The translations under genes were made by a program, and so were the position numbers. The notes under the pieces are model-generated. The model saw only the letters and a program-made list of their open reading frames with translations. It ran no database searches and was not told the DNA's origin. This document shows positions 42,199 to 56,135 of a stretch of DNA of 64,000 bases, one piece after another (within the stretch, counting starts at the first letter, position 1; each line of letters starts with the position of its first letter). This stretch comes from Octopus vulgaris (taxonomy: Eukaryota): the NCBI GenBank assembly GCA_951406725.2, contig OX597827.1, positions 25,978,001 to 26,042,000 on the forward strand, read 5' to 3'.

Positions 42199-42339
42199 CT
42201 AAAGCAATATAAAATAAGGTAAAAAGTTTTTGCCACGGTGATACATACGTAAGCTTAAATTCAATAACGAATAGAGCATATGTGGTCAATAATATTTACA
42301 AAATTTGCACTACTTTTCACTGAGTAAGTGCGGTCGATA

Positions 42340-42499
42340 CGATGGACTTCTTTCAGTTTCCGTCTACCAAATCCACTTACAAGGCTTTGGTCGGCACGAG
42401 GCCATAGTAGGAGACATTTGCCTACGGTGCCGCGCTGTGGGACTGAACCCATAACCATGTAGTTAGGAAACAAACTTCTTACCACACAGCCTCAGCTGC
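42340..42499 (-). mobile_element. SINE family A 5' half
   Basis: Plus strand CTTCTTTCAGTTTCCGTCTACCAAATCCAC...GGGACTGAACCC...CTTACCACACAGCC. Confidence 0.88.
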
Positions 42500-43637
42500 A
42501 TCTATACAACACATTCTCACTTGAAAATTAGGAAGAATGATTCTCTTGGCAGTTTCTGAACAATTATTACTTTCTTGGAACTGAATAGAAATTAAGCATT
42601 TGTTTACAAAGTTTCACGAAAGTCCAACAGGGAAGTGGTTGTTAAGAAATGCTAAACAACTCTCTGGGATGAAGGTAATAAAAAAAGGTAAGGGAGCGAC
42701 ACATTAAAAACGATGTCAACTGGGAGATAAGATAGAAGTTGTGTTCATTGGTTTCAGTTATATCTTACCAGTGATACCTCCACAAAAACTCGAACAGTCT
42801 ACAAATGAATTATTTTGGAGATCAGCTGTCCTGTCTGTTTCCTTAAAAATTTGCTACGAGTTTGAAAGGAAAGAATTCTTGCCGATAGTAACGGATTAGT
42901 GGATCCAACTCTTGAAATGCAGTGCTTAAAATTAAGATTAGTTGATATAGGTGTTCTAATTGCAGTTTTTTCTTCGAGTATTGCTACCATTCTTATTCTG
43001 AAGGAATAACCTTCCTTTCGAGTTCCTCTGTGACTTATCATAACTGAACTCTATTTCTGTGATACTGAAAAGAACTCTAGTATCGGACAACTTCTTAAGA
43101 TATGCCAAATGAGTGTCTGAGGTGAAGGCACAATGATACACAGGAGAGCTGTGTGGATATCTGGAAAGATATTATAGGAATTTCCTAACAAATCCTAACA
43201 ACTGAGAGTGGATGTTAAATGGGGACCAGCCAGAGGCCAAAAACAGATTAAAAATGGTAGTGAAATTCACGTTTGCCCTAAATGCTCTTTCCTTCGGAGA
43301 AACGTAAAAACCTTCAATTTCTTTGCAGATATAGGCACAAATGTGTTTCTGTTCTTAAGGGGCTTAATTTGCTATCTCGAGTTACAGGTTCAGCGCCACT
43401 GCGCGGCACCTTGGACAAATGTCTTCTAATATAGCCCCCGGTAAATCAATGCCGTGTGTGTGAATTTGAGTGAAATTGTGGGGAGGGCCATTTGCATATA
43501 TATATATATATATAAATTTAAATAATAAGAGTGAAAAATTGAATATTAATTTGATTAATATCAATTTAAAACCAGTGGCCTAGCATATTTCTAAAAATCT
43601 GAAGATTCAGAAAAATTATATTACATACATATAATAC

Positions 43638-43784
43638 GGATGACCACTACGTGGTCATCCATTATGCCAGAGGTAGACCCCATATGGTCTGCCCACTAAG
43701 AAAATATTGTTGTCAAACTCTTCTTCGTGGTCAGACCATATGGGGTCTACCTCTAGCATAATGGAGTCCACTTAGTGATCATCC
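43638..43784. repeat. Nested inverted repeat (~63-bp arms, each beginning with a small hairpin)
   Basis: GGATGACCACTACGTGGTCATCCATTATGCCAGAGGTAGACCCCATATGGTCTG pairs with CAGACCATATGGGGTCTACCTCTAGCATAATGGAGTCCACTTAGTGATCATCC. Confidence 0.9.
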
Positions 43785-43786
43785 CT

Positions 43787-43836
<50 letters not shown>

Positions 43837-43911
43837 AGGGGCTGATGAAAAGTTCCTGGTTTTGAGTAAAACAAAACACAGGAGGGGCCTACAAAAGTAC
43901 TTATCTGTCTG

Positions 43912-44067
<156 letters not shown>

Positions 44068-44195
44068 TAGGTAGGTACAATAAATTCCGGATGAATACTT
44101 GATAAATGTAAGCACCTGTATATGCCAGCTAGTAGCATAGTTGAGAGGATATATGTATCAAATGAAATAAATGAAAAACAGGACACAAAGGATGT

Positions 44196-44290
44196 TGCGG
44201 TACGTATGTTTCGAGCGTTATAGAACAACTTATTCTTACATCAATGCATAATCAACATAACAGATAGTTCAAAAGCCCTCTTCAGCCGCA
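44196..44290 (-). ncRNA. Type I hammerhead ribozyme, left arm
   Basis: Minus strand TGCGG-CTGAAGA-GGGC...GCTC-GAAAC-ATAC-GTA-CCGCA. Confidence 0.8.
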
Positions 44291-44480
44291 TGCAATTGCT
44301 ACACCAAAGAAAACGATATGGACGATTTGGCTTGGAGTTTAATAATACCATGTACGCCTATGAAGATTTACAAACATACTTTCCCAATGATACCCCGTTT
44401 ACCTACCATTATAAACAATACCAAATGTTTTTTCTCAAACCTTTCATAATGTGATACAAGTCTTTGGTGTAGCAATTACA

Positions 44481-44575
44481 TGCGGCTGAAGAGGGCTTTT
44501 GAACTATCTGTTATGTCGATTATGCATTGATGTAAGAATAAGTTGTTCTATAAAGCTCGAAACATATGTACCGCA
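44481..44575 (+). ncRNA. Type I hammerhead ribozyme with intact core, right arm
   Basis: TGCGG-CTGAAGA-GGGCTTT...AAAGCTC-GAAAC-ATAT-GTA-CCGCA. All core nucleotides and G10.1-C11.1 are present, and stem III is the palindrome ACATATGT. Predicted cleavage after A44570. Confidence 0.88.
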
Positions 44576-44614
44576 ACATCCTTTGTGTCCTGTTTTTCAT
44601 TTATTTCATTTGAT

Positions 44615-44650
<36 letters not shown>

Positions 44651-45139
44651 GTGTGCGTGTGTCTGAGTGTATACATATGTAAGCATGTGTGAATGTATAT
44701 CTTTACGTTGCGATTTGTTCTCTCTCTCTCTCTCTCTCTCTCTCACACGCACACTTGAAAACTGGTGTTGTTTTGTTTACATCACCGTAACATTAGCAGG
44801 CAATGCTTTTTGTTCTTGAGCAAAACACTTCATTTACTCCAGTTCACTCATCTGGTAAAGGTAATCTTTCAACAGGCCAATGTCCTGTCCACGGAGATAT
44901 AAATACGCTAGAATAACCGAGGAAGCAGCGCCATGCTTCTTGTGGAGAATTGTGGGCTCACCATAAACTAAAAGACTTTGCAGTGGATCACTGTCCTGTA
45001 AAATTTTTAATTTCACTGGAATCTTCAGGAAAATCAACTGACGTACTTCAATAATCAAAATTCCATGAATAGTGCTGTTGAGTAATTGATGTTTGCAATG
45101 CATCTAGTGTGAGGTCTGAGATGCTTACACTGTCTATAA

Positions 45140-45322
45140 TGGTTTCAAATTTTGACACAAGGCCAGCAATTTTGGCAAGGGTTTAAGTCAATTACATCGA
45201 CACCAGTCATCAATTGGTACTTATTTTATCCACTCCAAAAAATGAAAGCCAAAGTGGATCTCGGCGGAATTTTGAACTAAATAAGTCACAGCATGTTAAA
45301 AATTCTGCTGGCTCGCTGCCTT
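45140..45322 (-). mobile_element. SINE family B, degenerate copy
   Basis: Plus strand GGCCAGCAATTTTGG...GGTACTTATTTTATC...CTCGGCGGAATTTTGAACT...CTGCTGGCTCGCTGCC. Confidence 0.75.
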
Positions 45323-46048
45323 AATATGCCATCTATGTAATCGAAACTATTATTGTCAGTGAGTTCACAAATTTTGTAATTCCACTCAAACCAACAGATG
45401 TAACCTTTCCATTTACCAGACATGAGATTACCGAACAAATGCGCGCTGTCATGTCAATCAGGCCATCCCAGTTGCTGCAGTGCATCGTCAAGGATACTGA
45501 TTCCAATATTATATAAGATCTCTGTATTTATGCATCAGATACGGGAATACATGAACTGTCCCCGTGTCGGCAAAGAGAAGCGATCTATGCATTACATACA
45601 ATTCTTTACATAATCTCCAAGTTATTGGAATTGGTCAAAATAAAGAATTTGGGATAGTATTCTTAGATTTATATATATAGAAAATCAATACTGCGGTATT
45701 TCCTATTGCAATCTTGATTACCCGGAAGTCGATAGGAATAAATAACTTGCAGAGATCAACTAAAAATAATATCACACATATAAACACATACAGGTAGATA
45801 TCAATATACATGCAAGCACACACTAACACACACACACACATATATATATATATACATACGCACGCATATTCTCAGAGTAAATGCGTGTGTCTATATCAGC
45901 ATACGGTAATAAAAATTAAATATAGGCGTGTGTGTTCGTAAATGTGTTTCTATCTATCTATATATCTATTTATTTACATGTATGTATGTATGTATGTATG
46001 TATGTATGTATGTATGTATGTATGCATGTATGTATGTATGCATGTATG

Positions 46049-46112
<64 letters not shown>

Positions 46113-46127
46113 CATATATTTATATGG

Positions 46128-46495
46128 AAAAAAAGTCAAGATAGGAAATGCTAAAATAATTTTATAAAAAACATTTCACTACCGGTTTCAGTCATTGAGA
46201 CTATTTCATCAGTAACAATTAAATAATTAAATTTAGAAAAATTAAAACAAAAGTTGTTTTTAAAAGAATATTTGTATAGTGGTCAAATACAAGTGGCATT
46301 TTCCTTGTTTCTGCCTGTCTCTGACTCTCTTGTTTACTCTTGTTTGTTCGAGGTCCTTGTGAATTCTTGGTAGGGAAGAATCAGAAGACAAAAAGGAAAG
46401 GGGGGGATAAGGGGAGAAGAAGACAATTTGGGAGTGCCAAGATAGTAGTATTTTGAATGGTCAGTGGATGGTAGCAGTCCCTGTTCAATTCATGA
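46128..46495 (-). mobile_element. Solo 3'/pLTR fragment of the Neptune-type PLE family
   Basis: The reverse complement aligns to 37348-37700 (CCACTGACCATTCAAAATAC...CCCTACCAAGAA...GAAACCGGTA). It ends at (TA)n. Confidence 0.85.
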
Positions 46496-46596
46496 ACAAG
46501 CCTTGTGCCAAGAATAGAAAAATGTTCAAATATTCATACGTAAATATGTGTGTGTGTGTGTGTATACGAATGTGTATGTGAATATATATGTATATA

Positions 46597-46632
<36 letters not shown>

Positions 46633-47034
46633 TTCAGCTAAATGTAAACTAAACTATCGATAAGAAACAATGAGACAGCTAATTCATCTAATCTTATCTG
46701 TGAGGTTATGCTTCAAATCTGAAATGGTAACTTAGTTTATAATATGATATCAAACTTAGCAACAAGCATATGTCACATATCTATATTTGAGAAAAAGAAG
46801 GAGAACAGCAGAGATAGAATTCAGGATTAACTGCTACACTTTGCCAATACATGTTCTGATAAGCTTAGAGTACAAGAGAAACAAATACGAGCAATGAGAT
46901 GCCTTTTCATTAGCTAAAAACGCGTTGAAACACTTACTATATATGTATGTGTGTAAGTATATATTAATATATATATATATATATCTTAATATATATAATT
47001 ATATATATATATATATATATGAATATAGCAAAAA

Positions 47035-47072
47035 CTGTCCGATGAACGGCAACGGGAAACTCAGAGTAACAG
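47035..47072 (+). ncRNA. Compact hammerhead motif (U4C and a 10.1/11.1 mismatch) in an ~85-bp insert within (TA)n
   Basis: CTGT-CCGATGA-ACG-GCAA-CGG-GAAAC-TCAGA-GTA-ACAG, followed by AATAAA and (TA)n. Confidence 0.65.
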
Positions 47073-47177
47073 ATTTTGTTGAATTTTCTGCTGTTTTAAA
47101 TAAAGTATATATATATATATATATATGTAGCTCCCGGGTTGAGTCGGGTTTAACCACAGTAAATAAGGTACTCAATG

Positions 47178-47226
47178 GCTTCCTGATGATTTCTTTTGAA
47201 TGAAACAGTTCTAGTCCTGTAGAAGC
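47178..47226 (+). ncRNA. Hammerhead motif in an ~125-bp insert within (TA)n
   Basis: GCTTC-CTGATGA-TTTC-TTTT-GAAT-GAAACAG-TTCTAGTC-CTGTA-GAAGC. Stems I and III are intact, with a U.U mismatch at 10.1/11.1. AATAAA repeats follow. Confidence 0.75.
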
Positions 47227-47250
47227 TCCTTCTATAAAATAAATAAATAA

Positions 47251-47744
<494 letters not shown>

Positions 47745-47757
47745 TTCCATTCCATTA

Positions 47758-47840
<83 letters not shown>

Positions 47841-47899
47841 CATATATATATATATGTGTGTTTATATGTTGATATATATTAATGTTTCCATGTTTATCC

Positions 47900-48070
47900 C
47901 CCTACAATTGCTTGACAACCGATGTTGTTTTGTTTACGTGCCTGTAACTTGGCGGATCGGCAAAAGAGAGCGATTGAATAAATATCAGGTTACCAAAGAA
48001 TAAGTCGATGTGTTCGGCTAAATACGGTGCTCCAGCATGGCTGCAGTCAGATGAGTGAAGCAAGTAAAAG
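47900..48070 (+). mobile_element. SINE family A 3' half
   Basis: GCTTGACAACCGATG...GGCAAAAGAGA...GGTGCTCCAGCATGGCTGCAGTC...CAAGTAAAAG. Confidence 0.85.
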
Positions 48071-48268
48071 CGGATACACACAAACACACACACACACAGA
48101 GTTCTTCGCAGAGGTAAGACGACATTTTTTTTATATTTGCGCTGCCCTCACATGTCTTTGCCAGTATATACATAGTGAAGCTTTACTATATCATCATACA
48201 TTTACTGACTGCTATTTCCAGTAAACATAGGTGCCTGGTTGTACTACTCTCTCTCTCTCTCTCTCACT

Positions 48269-48315
<47 letters not shown>

Positions 48316-49149
48316 TAGTATATGAGCGGACAAACAGAAGTGACGCACAATGCATTTGAAATTAAATAAATTCTTTTTATTAAATAAATAATTAAATAAA
48401 CATCATACATATGTGTGTAGGTGTCTGTGTGTAATTATCTATGTGTATTTATGTGTACATATATGAACTGTAGGCTCATGATACCATTCTAAGCTAGTCT
48501 GAGATAAATAATTCAGTCATCCACTGTTATTTCTCAAATCAAATATCAAATTGGTGTATAGGACTTAGAAAATCAATATATTTACATACAAAATATTGTG
48601 AACAGTGATTGCATTACATTACAGATATGATTCATCTATGTTTATTTTGGCTGTTTGTATTGTTGCTTAACGTACATGTCAACCCGGATCAGTCTACAAT
48701 CTGCTATCACTCGAGTCCTCATTTCCCCTATTCTCTTGGCTGCCTTGGAGTACACTATCCTATCATTATTCCACTTGTAACATAGCAGTTTGGAAATTTT
48801 GGCTCCATCCCAAGAAGTAATAGGGAACACGTAGAGGTGCTTTTATTTCATTCTTCCATATTTTCAAATTTCTGGAAGCAATGTTTAATTTTGGTTGAAC
48901 GGATACATTAAAACATAACCAATAAGAACTTTAACCCATAACTCGAATGCGTGTAAAATGAATACGAACATAATGAAACCATTCTCGCCGCAGGATTGCC
49001 GTGATCAGAGATCCGAGCTTTGAGATGAAGAAATTTTCTGAATGTGTGTATGTCTCTTCTATTTTTTAATTTATATAAATCTTCCACTGAGGAGTGAACC
49101 GGTTTCCAACAAAGATACAATGCGCTATCTTTTGGATGTAGTTAACACA

Positions 49150-49632
49150 AATTCACATTTGGAACTTAAGAAAAGTCTTGCATATATTTACTGCTCCACT
49201 CACAGATGGCACTTGTAATGTACGAATCAACTAGTCAATTTCTCTTTCTGAAAATCCCAGTATATCCAGCTTCTCCTTTAAGCATTTACTAACAAAATGC
49301 AGTGCTCTAATTCTTATTGGTATGGATATGAATTCATAGTCTGGATATAGATGCTGGAGGTTTCGAAGCAGTTGTCCATAGATATCCTCTTTTTCTTTGA
49401 TTTTCAAAGAGATATTCTTTGTGTTGGTGTTTATGAATGTATTCCGTAACAGAAGGATTTTCTAAGTTTATTTCAGGAAAGTCTTTTTTCCAGGTGGCTT
49501 TATAGATTGTTTTAGCAACAATATCGTGACGCATAGGGAGGTATTACCGTGACGACATTTTAGGACAGCTACAAATCACATGCGTGATGTCTTCCACAGA
49601 AACATGACATAGGCCACATATGCGGTTGCACC
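49150..49632 (-). pseudogene. REL-endonuclease (R4-like) non-LTR retrotransposon C-terminal fragment
   Basis: Minus strand CGLCHVSVEDITHVICSCPKMSSR*YLPMRHDIVAKTIY ... LIRTLQVPSVSGAVNICKTFLKF (CCHC finger and RHD motif). Confidence 0.8.
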
Positions 49633-50394
49633 TTGAGATTACAAGATCATTATGTATGTATGTATGTATGTATGTATGTATGTATGTATGTACGTATGTA
49701 TGTATATTTCTTTGGGATTTATAAAGTTTTATTTCTTTGCAGAATTGAAGAAGGCCGATTACTATGTGGCAAGCCTTTTATGATTAAGTCCATGTATCTT
49801 CTGGTGTTTGAGTAATACATGCATGTGTGCACGTAGACGGACTTGCCCATGTGAGTGAGCGTGTTGCGATAGAACACAAGTGTATGTTTCATTAACGCTC
49901 AACCGAAACCGCAAATAAAGAAATCCTGAAATATTTTACAAATAACCTCTGTTCCTCTGACGGATCGTATTTAGAGAATGAGAATCAGTCTGCTCTGATC
50001 TCTTGGGAACAACGCAAGGATTTTTAGGTTTCTTTGTAGATCTGTTGCTACGTGGCCCAGCGCACATATGACGAAGAGAACAAATGAAAATTAATATCTT
50101 GGATATAAGAGGTATAGGCTTCTCACCAGTTCTCACCTTTCCTCCAATTCATGATGCCATTTGCGACTGGTTCCGGCAGCGCTGCACAACTTTTGCACAG
50201 TGTGCCATACAACTCTATTAAGTCTTTTCTGTTTATATTGACATGCTGTTTCTATTGGAATACTCAACCAAAATTCATAATTTTGAAAGGTGTTGATACT
50301 TTCATGTCTGTGTATATGACACCGGGTGTGTATGTGTTCGAGGGTGTGCGTGTGCTCATATAATAGTATAACATACATGCTGGAGTAAAGATTT

Positions 50395-50540
50395 TTGCCA
50401 ACGTAGCATGACAGTCCTGGTTTAGGACGAACGTTGCTGTAATTTAGCCCCAGGAGACATCGTGTCCTGCTGGCTATGCGACACAATCTGTGTCCTTATA
50501 TTTTCGAACAAGGGAATCTAGCACCCCCATTCAGCTCAAA
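50395..50540 (+). repeat. Dispersed repeat fragment (related pieces at ~5003-5160 and ~56745-56850)
   Basis: The three sites share GTTGCTGTAATTTAGCCCCAGG-like starts, and two share CCTTAT.TTTTC.AA...AGCACC.CCA. Confidence 0.5.
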
Positions 50541-51667
50541 ACAATATCTGTGTATCACGATTTCCGGGTTAGTTCACTTCATCATAAAAAAATAATCGTT
50601 CGGCTAGAGGTGGCGCTGCCAAAGTACTGTTACTGAATATCTCCGTTGTGAGATTTAAAAATAGTAATTTTCTAATTTATAGATACATGCTCTTGCACAC
50701 AAATACGCACATATATATTAACTTCTTTGTTACGCCACTGAATCTCAAAGGCGCCTCCTAATCGATTGAATTATTATTCTATTGCTTAACTCATATTATT
50801 GTATGTAGCTGAGACAGTTTGTTGTAACGTGTGAGAGTTTTAACAATTTGGTATAATCCGAATTTAATTTCATTAAGATTCGAAGAAAAAATTACCAAAC
50901 CAGAAAATTCTGAAATTGTTCGCATCTGCATAATTCTTACAATACAGTCATTAACTCCCATGAAAACCATACTGGCAATTCTCCTATGTATATTAATACC
51001 TCTAAATCTGCACTGTTCTCAGGTATTTCATTAGCAAGTATATTAATTAATTTGCTTTACTTTTCAAAGCATCTTATAAAACTTTTGCGTCGGCGTTTTG
51101 CTTTCCACTCCAGTAACTGTTCATGTCATCGTTTTAGGTTTTTGACTATCAAACAATGGAAGCCGAACTGGTAAGTATGGAACGGTAAAGTAAAATTATT
51201 TCGATATAACATCATAGCTCTTTCGTTTAATTGGTTTGAAATTCACGGCACGTAGTTTGAACTAAACTTAAGACGTGATTGTGCTTTGTCTTAACTTTTA
51301 TCTTATATAACTAACTTTTGCTACAAAATTACTGTAATAAAAAAAATAAAGAAACATGTATAGGAATAAATTTAAATTAATATGTTCCGGAAGATAGTAA
51401 GAGTCAATTTATGTATATATTATAGGACAAGATAACCAGACAATTTGAGTGCGTGGAATAACTGCTAGGCTGGTTAAAACGGCTTCAGGGATATAAATTT
51501 TGCTTATGGTAATGTGTTTGAGAAAACTATATTTTTATCACTTCGGAAGATCGAAAGTACCTGAGGTTTCATGGAGAGAAGGATTGGTTAATGCATAAAG
51601 TTTTAATATTTCATGAAGATAAAGCTGTGAGCTATCAGAGTCCTTAGCATCCTGGGGGAAATGATGA

Positions 51668-51832
51668 GCTGCATTTCGTCCGTCTTTACGTTCTGAGTTT
51701 AAATTCTGTTGAGATCGAATTTACCTTTCCAGGGGATTCGATAAAACCCGTGCTGGTTGCTGATTGGGTTCGGTGTTAGCGACTTGCAGCCGTCCCCGAA
51801 ATTGCTGGCCTTTGTGCCAAAATTTGAAACCA
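51668..51832 (+). mobile_element. SINE family B fragment
   Basis: CATTTCGTCCGTCTTTACGTTCTGAGTTTAAATTCTG...GAAATTGCTGGCCTTTGTGCCAAAATTTGAAACC. Confidence 0.75.
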
Positions 51833-51838
51833 ACATAT

Positions 51839-52670
<832 letters not shown>

Positions 52671-52924
52671 ATAATATACACAGTTTTAATATAACCTGAA
52701 AATAAGGCAGCGAGCTGGCAGAATAATTAACACACAGAGGAACATGCTTATCGGTATTCTGCCGGGTTCGCCTGTCGATAAAATACACTCCTGTCGAGCA
52801 CTGTTGTCGATGCAGCTGGCTTACGCGTCCCGTAAACTTGAGGCCAATATTTCCAGAAAATATTAACGACGAAAAAAGAGCCACGGGTGTTAAAGTAATA
52901 TTCGGAACTTGATTGTATATTAAG

Positions 52925-53266
52925 TCACCGGGATAGGTCCCCGAATATTTGCTGCGGATCCTGTTCAGTTGCGATGTTCACAGCGTCATTCTTGAAACCG
53001 TTGCTGTTCCTGATCAACACCCATCCTAAAGACCGGAGAACTTTAGAAAACAAAGGACGACGTCTTACTTTGAGTGTTGTAAAAGAGTTACCAGGCTTAA
53101 CTGTGAAAATATTATCACTCGTCACAACTTCTATAATCGTGACAGTTTCCGCGTCATTATCATTGTTGGCTGAGTGATACACATGTTTCGAATCCACAGA
53201 AATTAATGGCGATAGAAGAATCTCTTCGTATTCCTGGACATTTTCTGTGATCTGGTGGTTGATAAT
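52925..53266 (-). CDS. Candidate coding exon of an unidentified gene (113 codons to stop, or 198 bp to a donor after 53069)
   Basis: Acceptor TTTTTTTCTTGGACTTAG. The phase-0 frame IINHQITENVQEYEEILLSPLISVDSKH... stays open to TGA. Internal AAA|GTAAGA donor and non-repetitive composition. Confidence 0.35.
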   Translation of the reverse strand: MINHQITENVQEYEEILLSPLISVDSKHVYHSANNDNDAETVTIIEVVTSDNIFTVKPGNSFTTLKVRRRPLFSKVLRSLGWVLIRNSNGFKNDAVNIATEQDPQQIFGDLSR

Positions 53267-53386
53267 CTAAGTCCAAGAAAAAAAATGAATCAACACTACA
53301 AGTATATGAGGAGTAGTGACCCCTCTATCATATAGAATTTGCCATAATTCAAAAAATGTCTTCTTCTTCTTCTTCTTCTTCTTCTT

Positions 53387-53459
<73 letters not shown>

Positions 53460-53562
53460 TTTCTGTCTCTTCTCGTTCTCTCGCTTACAACTCAATAATA
53501 ATTATGAATACGAAAGAAACATCAACACACGTCAATGAGCGTAAAAACGAAATCATTATCAT

Positions 53563-53639
<77 letters not shown>

Positions 53640-54165
53640 TTATTATTATTATTATTATTATTAACATCATTTTCAGCTATTGTAGTAGTATAACTACTCG
53701 TAGTAGTAGTAGTATCTGCAGTAGCTCTAACAACACATTTTCAGGATATGCACACGTTTCATTATAATCAGATGTTTTTAGCCTTCTGGTTGTATTGATT
53801 AAAGAAGCAGTGTCGTTCGAATGTTTATCGGAATCTTTGTTAGCATTGATTCTTCACTGCATTACTGCATTGTTGTAGATCATAGATGTGGATATGAAAA
53901 TCTAATCATTCAAAGCTGATCGATAAAATTATTTGTTGGCGGAGGCGGCGGAGGCGGCGGCGGCGGCGGCGGGTGGTGGGTTTGGTTTGGCGGTAACTAG
54001 ATTTCATTAAGAAATCGCAGATATAATAAATTTCATTCGTATTTAAACGAGAGGCTGGATAATCTTTCTCTCTGTATAATTTGCTTGATAAGCGAACCAT
54101 TGGCGGAATATCTATTTGGTCGCTTAATTTGGTAGAAATCTAGTCGAATGTCTATAAAATGAAGG

Positions 54166-54400
54166 TACTACATAAGAAGAGTGGTCCTAGTGCGCGCACT
54201 CGCGTAGCTAGTCGTGACTAGTCGATCCTTGCTTTGTGTTTTTGTATTTTATTTACTTTGTTTAGAAAAATTATTTACTTTGTGTGAAAAAATATTTATT
54301 TTGTGTTTTATTTACTTTGCTAGGTAGTCATTGTAGAATCGACTAGTCACGACTAGCTAGCGCGGATGCGCGACTACGCATGTAGGAAGTACATGTAGTA
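54166..54400. mobile_element. MITE-like element with CpG/CTAG-rich inverted repeats
   Basis: TACTACAT...CGCGTAGCTAGTCGTGACTAGTCGAT pairs with ATCGACTAGTCACGACTAGCTAGCGCG...ATGTAGTA around a T-rich interior. Confidence 0.7.
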
Positions 54401-54799
54401 TAATGAAGTGTTAGATATATTAATTTGCCTAAAATTCAGAGTGGATGGTTATGGGTGGAATGCTGTTAATCCTTGCTTTATGCTATCTAAGCTGCACAAT
54501 AATACACCCTTAATAAAATTTTATTAATATAACATCAACGATGAATATATAAATAATCAATATGTTGAAATACTTAATATCGTGAGTAATAAAATTAGGA
54601 AATATCTGTAAAATGGAAATTGTTACTGATGCTGTTTAAAAAAATGTAAATTTTGCAGTTTTCAAGTTACATATACACACACGCCAGCAGACAGACAGAC
54701 ACACACACACACAAAAAAAAAACACACACAAAAACACACAAAACACACCTATGTATTGGTACATACATGCATGTTCCCTTCTGTTTTTAATTATTTAAA

Positions 54800-55200
54800 T
54801 TCTTCTTCTCGGGAAGGAGCTGGTTTCTCACAAACAGCTCTATCGTTAGAATGTTGATAACAAAAAGTAAAGTTAGATTATAGATACGAGAAAAGTTTTG
54901 CATATTTTTGCTCTTCCATTTACGGTTTGTGTATATAATGTGCAAGCCAAATGGTGGATTATAAGTATGTATCTCAGTGCACGCCTTTGAATGCAGTGTA
55001 TGCCAGAAGGTTTGCAAATCCAACGGAGGCCTCAAGAGACGTTTTTAAGATCTACAAAGAGCAGAACTTATCTGCAGGTCTTGGTGGTCCAAATCGGAGG
55101 TGCAGTCTATGTGGGTGTCTTTCCAGAACATTGGTTTAAAAAGCCACATCAGATGTTATTCTAAGTTGTAGGTACAGGAGGAGCTTAAACTCTGCATAAG
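54800..55200 (+). pseudogene. Probable RTE-like LINE C-terminal remnant with degenerate C2H2 fingers
   Basis: FECSVCQKVCKSNGGLKR and RCSLCGCLSRTL/GLKSHIRC. Confidence 0.5.
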
Positions 55201-55291
55201 GAGTAGACAACCACCATGACCACCATGTATCTACGTATCTATGTATGCATGTATGTATATACGTAAGTATGTATGTATGTATATATGTATG

Positions 55292-55325
<34 letters not shown>

Positions 55326-55494
55326 TGTGTGTATGTATGTATGTATATAAGTATGTATATATATGTATGTATGTGTGTATATATGTATGTATATATGTGT
55401 GTACGTATGTGTGCAAACATAAATACAAACGTACACAGGCATAAACACTCACAAGTATGTATATAGTTATATATATATATATAAATATACTTTT

Positions 55495-55873
55495 AATTGT
55501 TTCAGTCATTTGGCTACGGCCATGCTGGAGCACCGCCTTTAGTCGAACAAATCGATCCCAGGACTTGTCCTTTGTAAGCCTAGTACTTATTCAATCGGAC
55601 TCTTTTACCGAACCGCTAAGTTACGGGGACGTAAACACACCAGCATCGGTTGTCAAGCGATGTTGGGGGGGGGGGACAAACACAGACACACAAACACACA
55701 AACACATTTATATATACATATACATATATACGACGGGCTTCTTTTCAGTTTCCGTCTACCTAATCCACTCACAAGGCTTTGGTCGGCCCGAGGCAATAGT
55801 AGAAGTCACTTGCCCAAGGTGCCACCCAGTGAGACTGAACCCGGAACCATGTGGTTGGTAAGATACTTACCAC
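55495..55873 (-). mobile_element. SINE family A, near full-length copy
   Basis: Collinear with 26074-26468. Confidence 0.93.
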
Positions 55874-55874
55874 A

Positions 55875-55943
<69 letters not shown>

Positions 55944-55945
55944 TG

Positions 55946-56135
55946 AGACACAATGGCCCAGTGATTAGGGCAGCGGACTCTCGGTCTTCGGATCGCAGTT
56001 TCGATTCCCAGACCGGGCGCTGTGAGTGTTTATTGAGTAAAAAACACCTAAAAAGTTCAACGTGGCTCCAGTAGGGGGCTGTGGCGAACCCTGCTGTCTT
56101 CTTTCATTCACAACTATCATTCACTCTGTCTACCT
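55946..56135 (+). mobile_element. SINE family C 5' half
   Basis: CAATGGCCCAGTGATTAGGGCAGCGGACTC...TTTCGATTCCCAGACCGGGCG matches 47375 onward. Confidence 0.88.

Larger units (their letters stand above)
44154..44617. mobile_element. Near-perfect 157-bp inverted repeats around a 150-bp spacer, each arm holding a hammerhead (inverted PLE pLTR-like)
   Basis: 44154-44310 is the reverse complement of 44461-44617 with only a few mismatches. Confidence 0.9.

Noticed and set aside
50137-50230. Minus-strand exon candidate ending AAG|GTGAGA
   Set aside because: Good donor but no polypyrimidine acceptor and no recognisable peptide.
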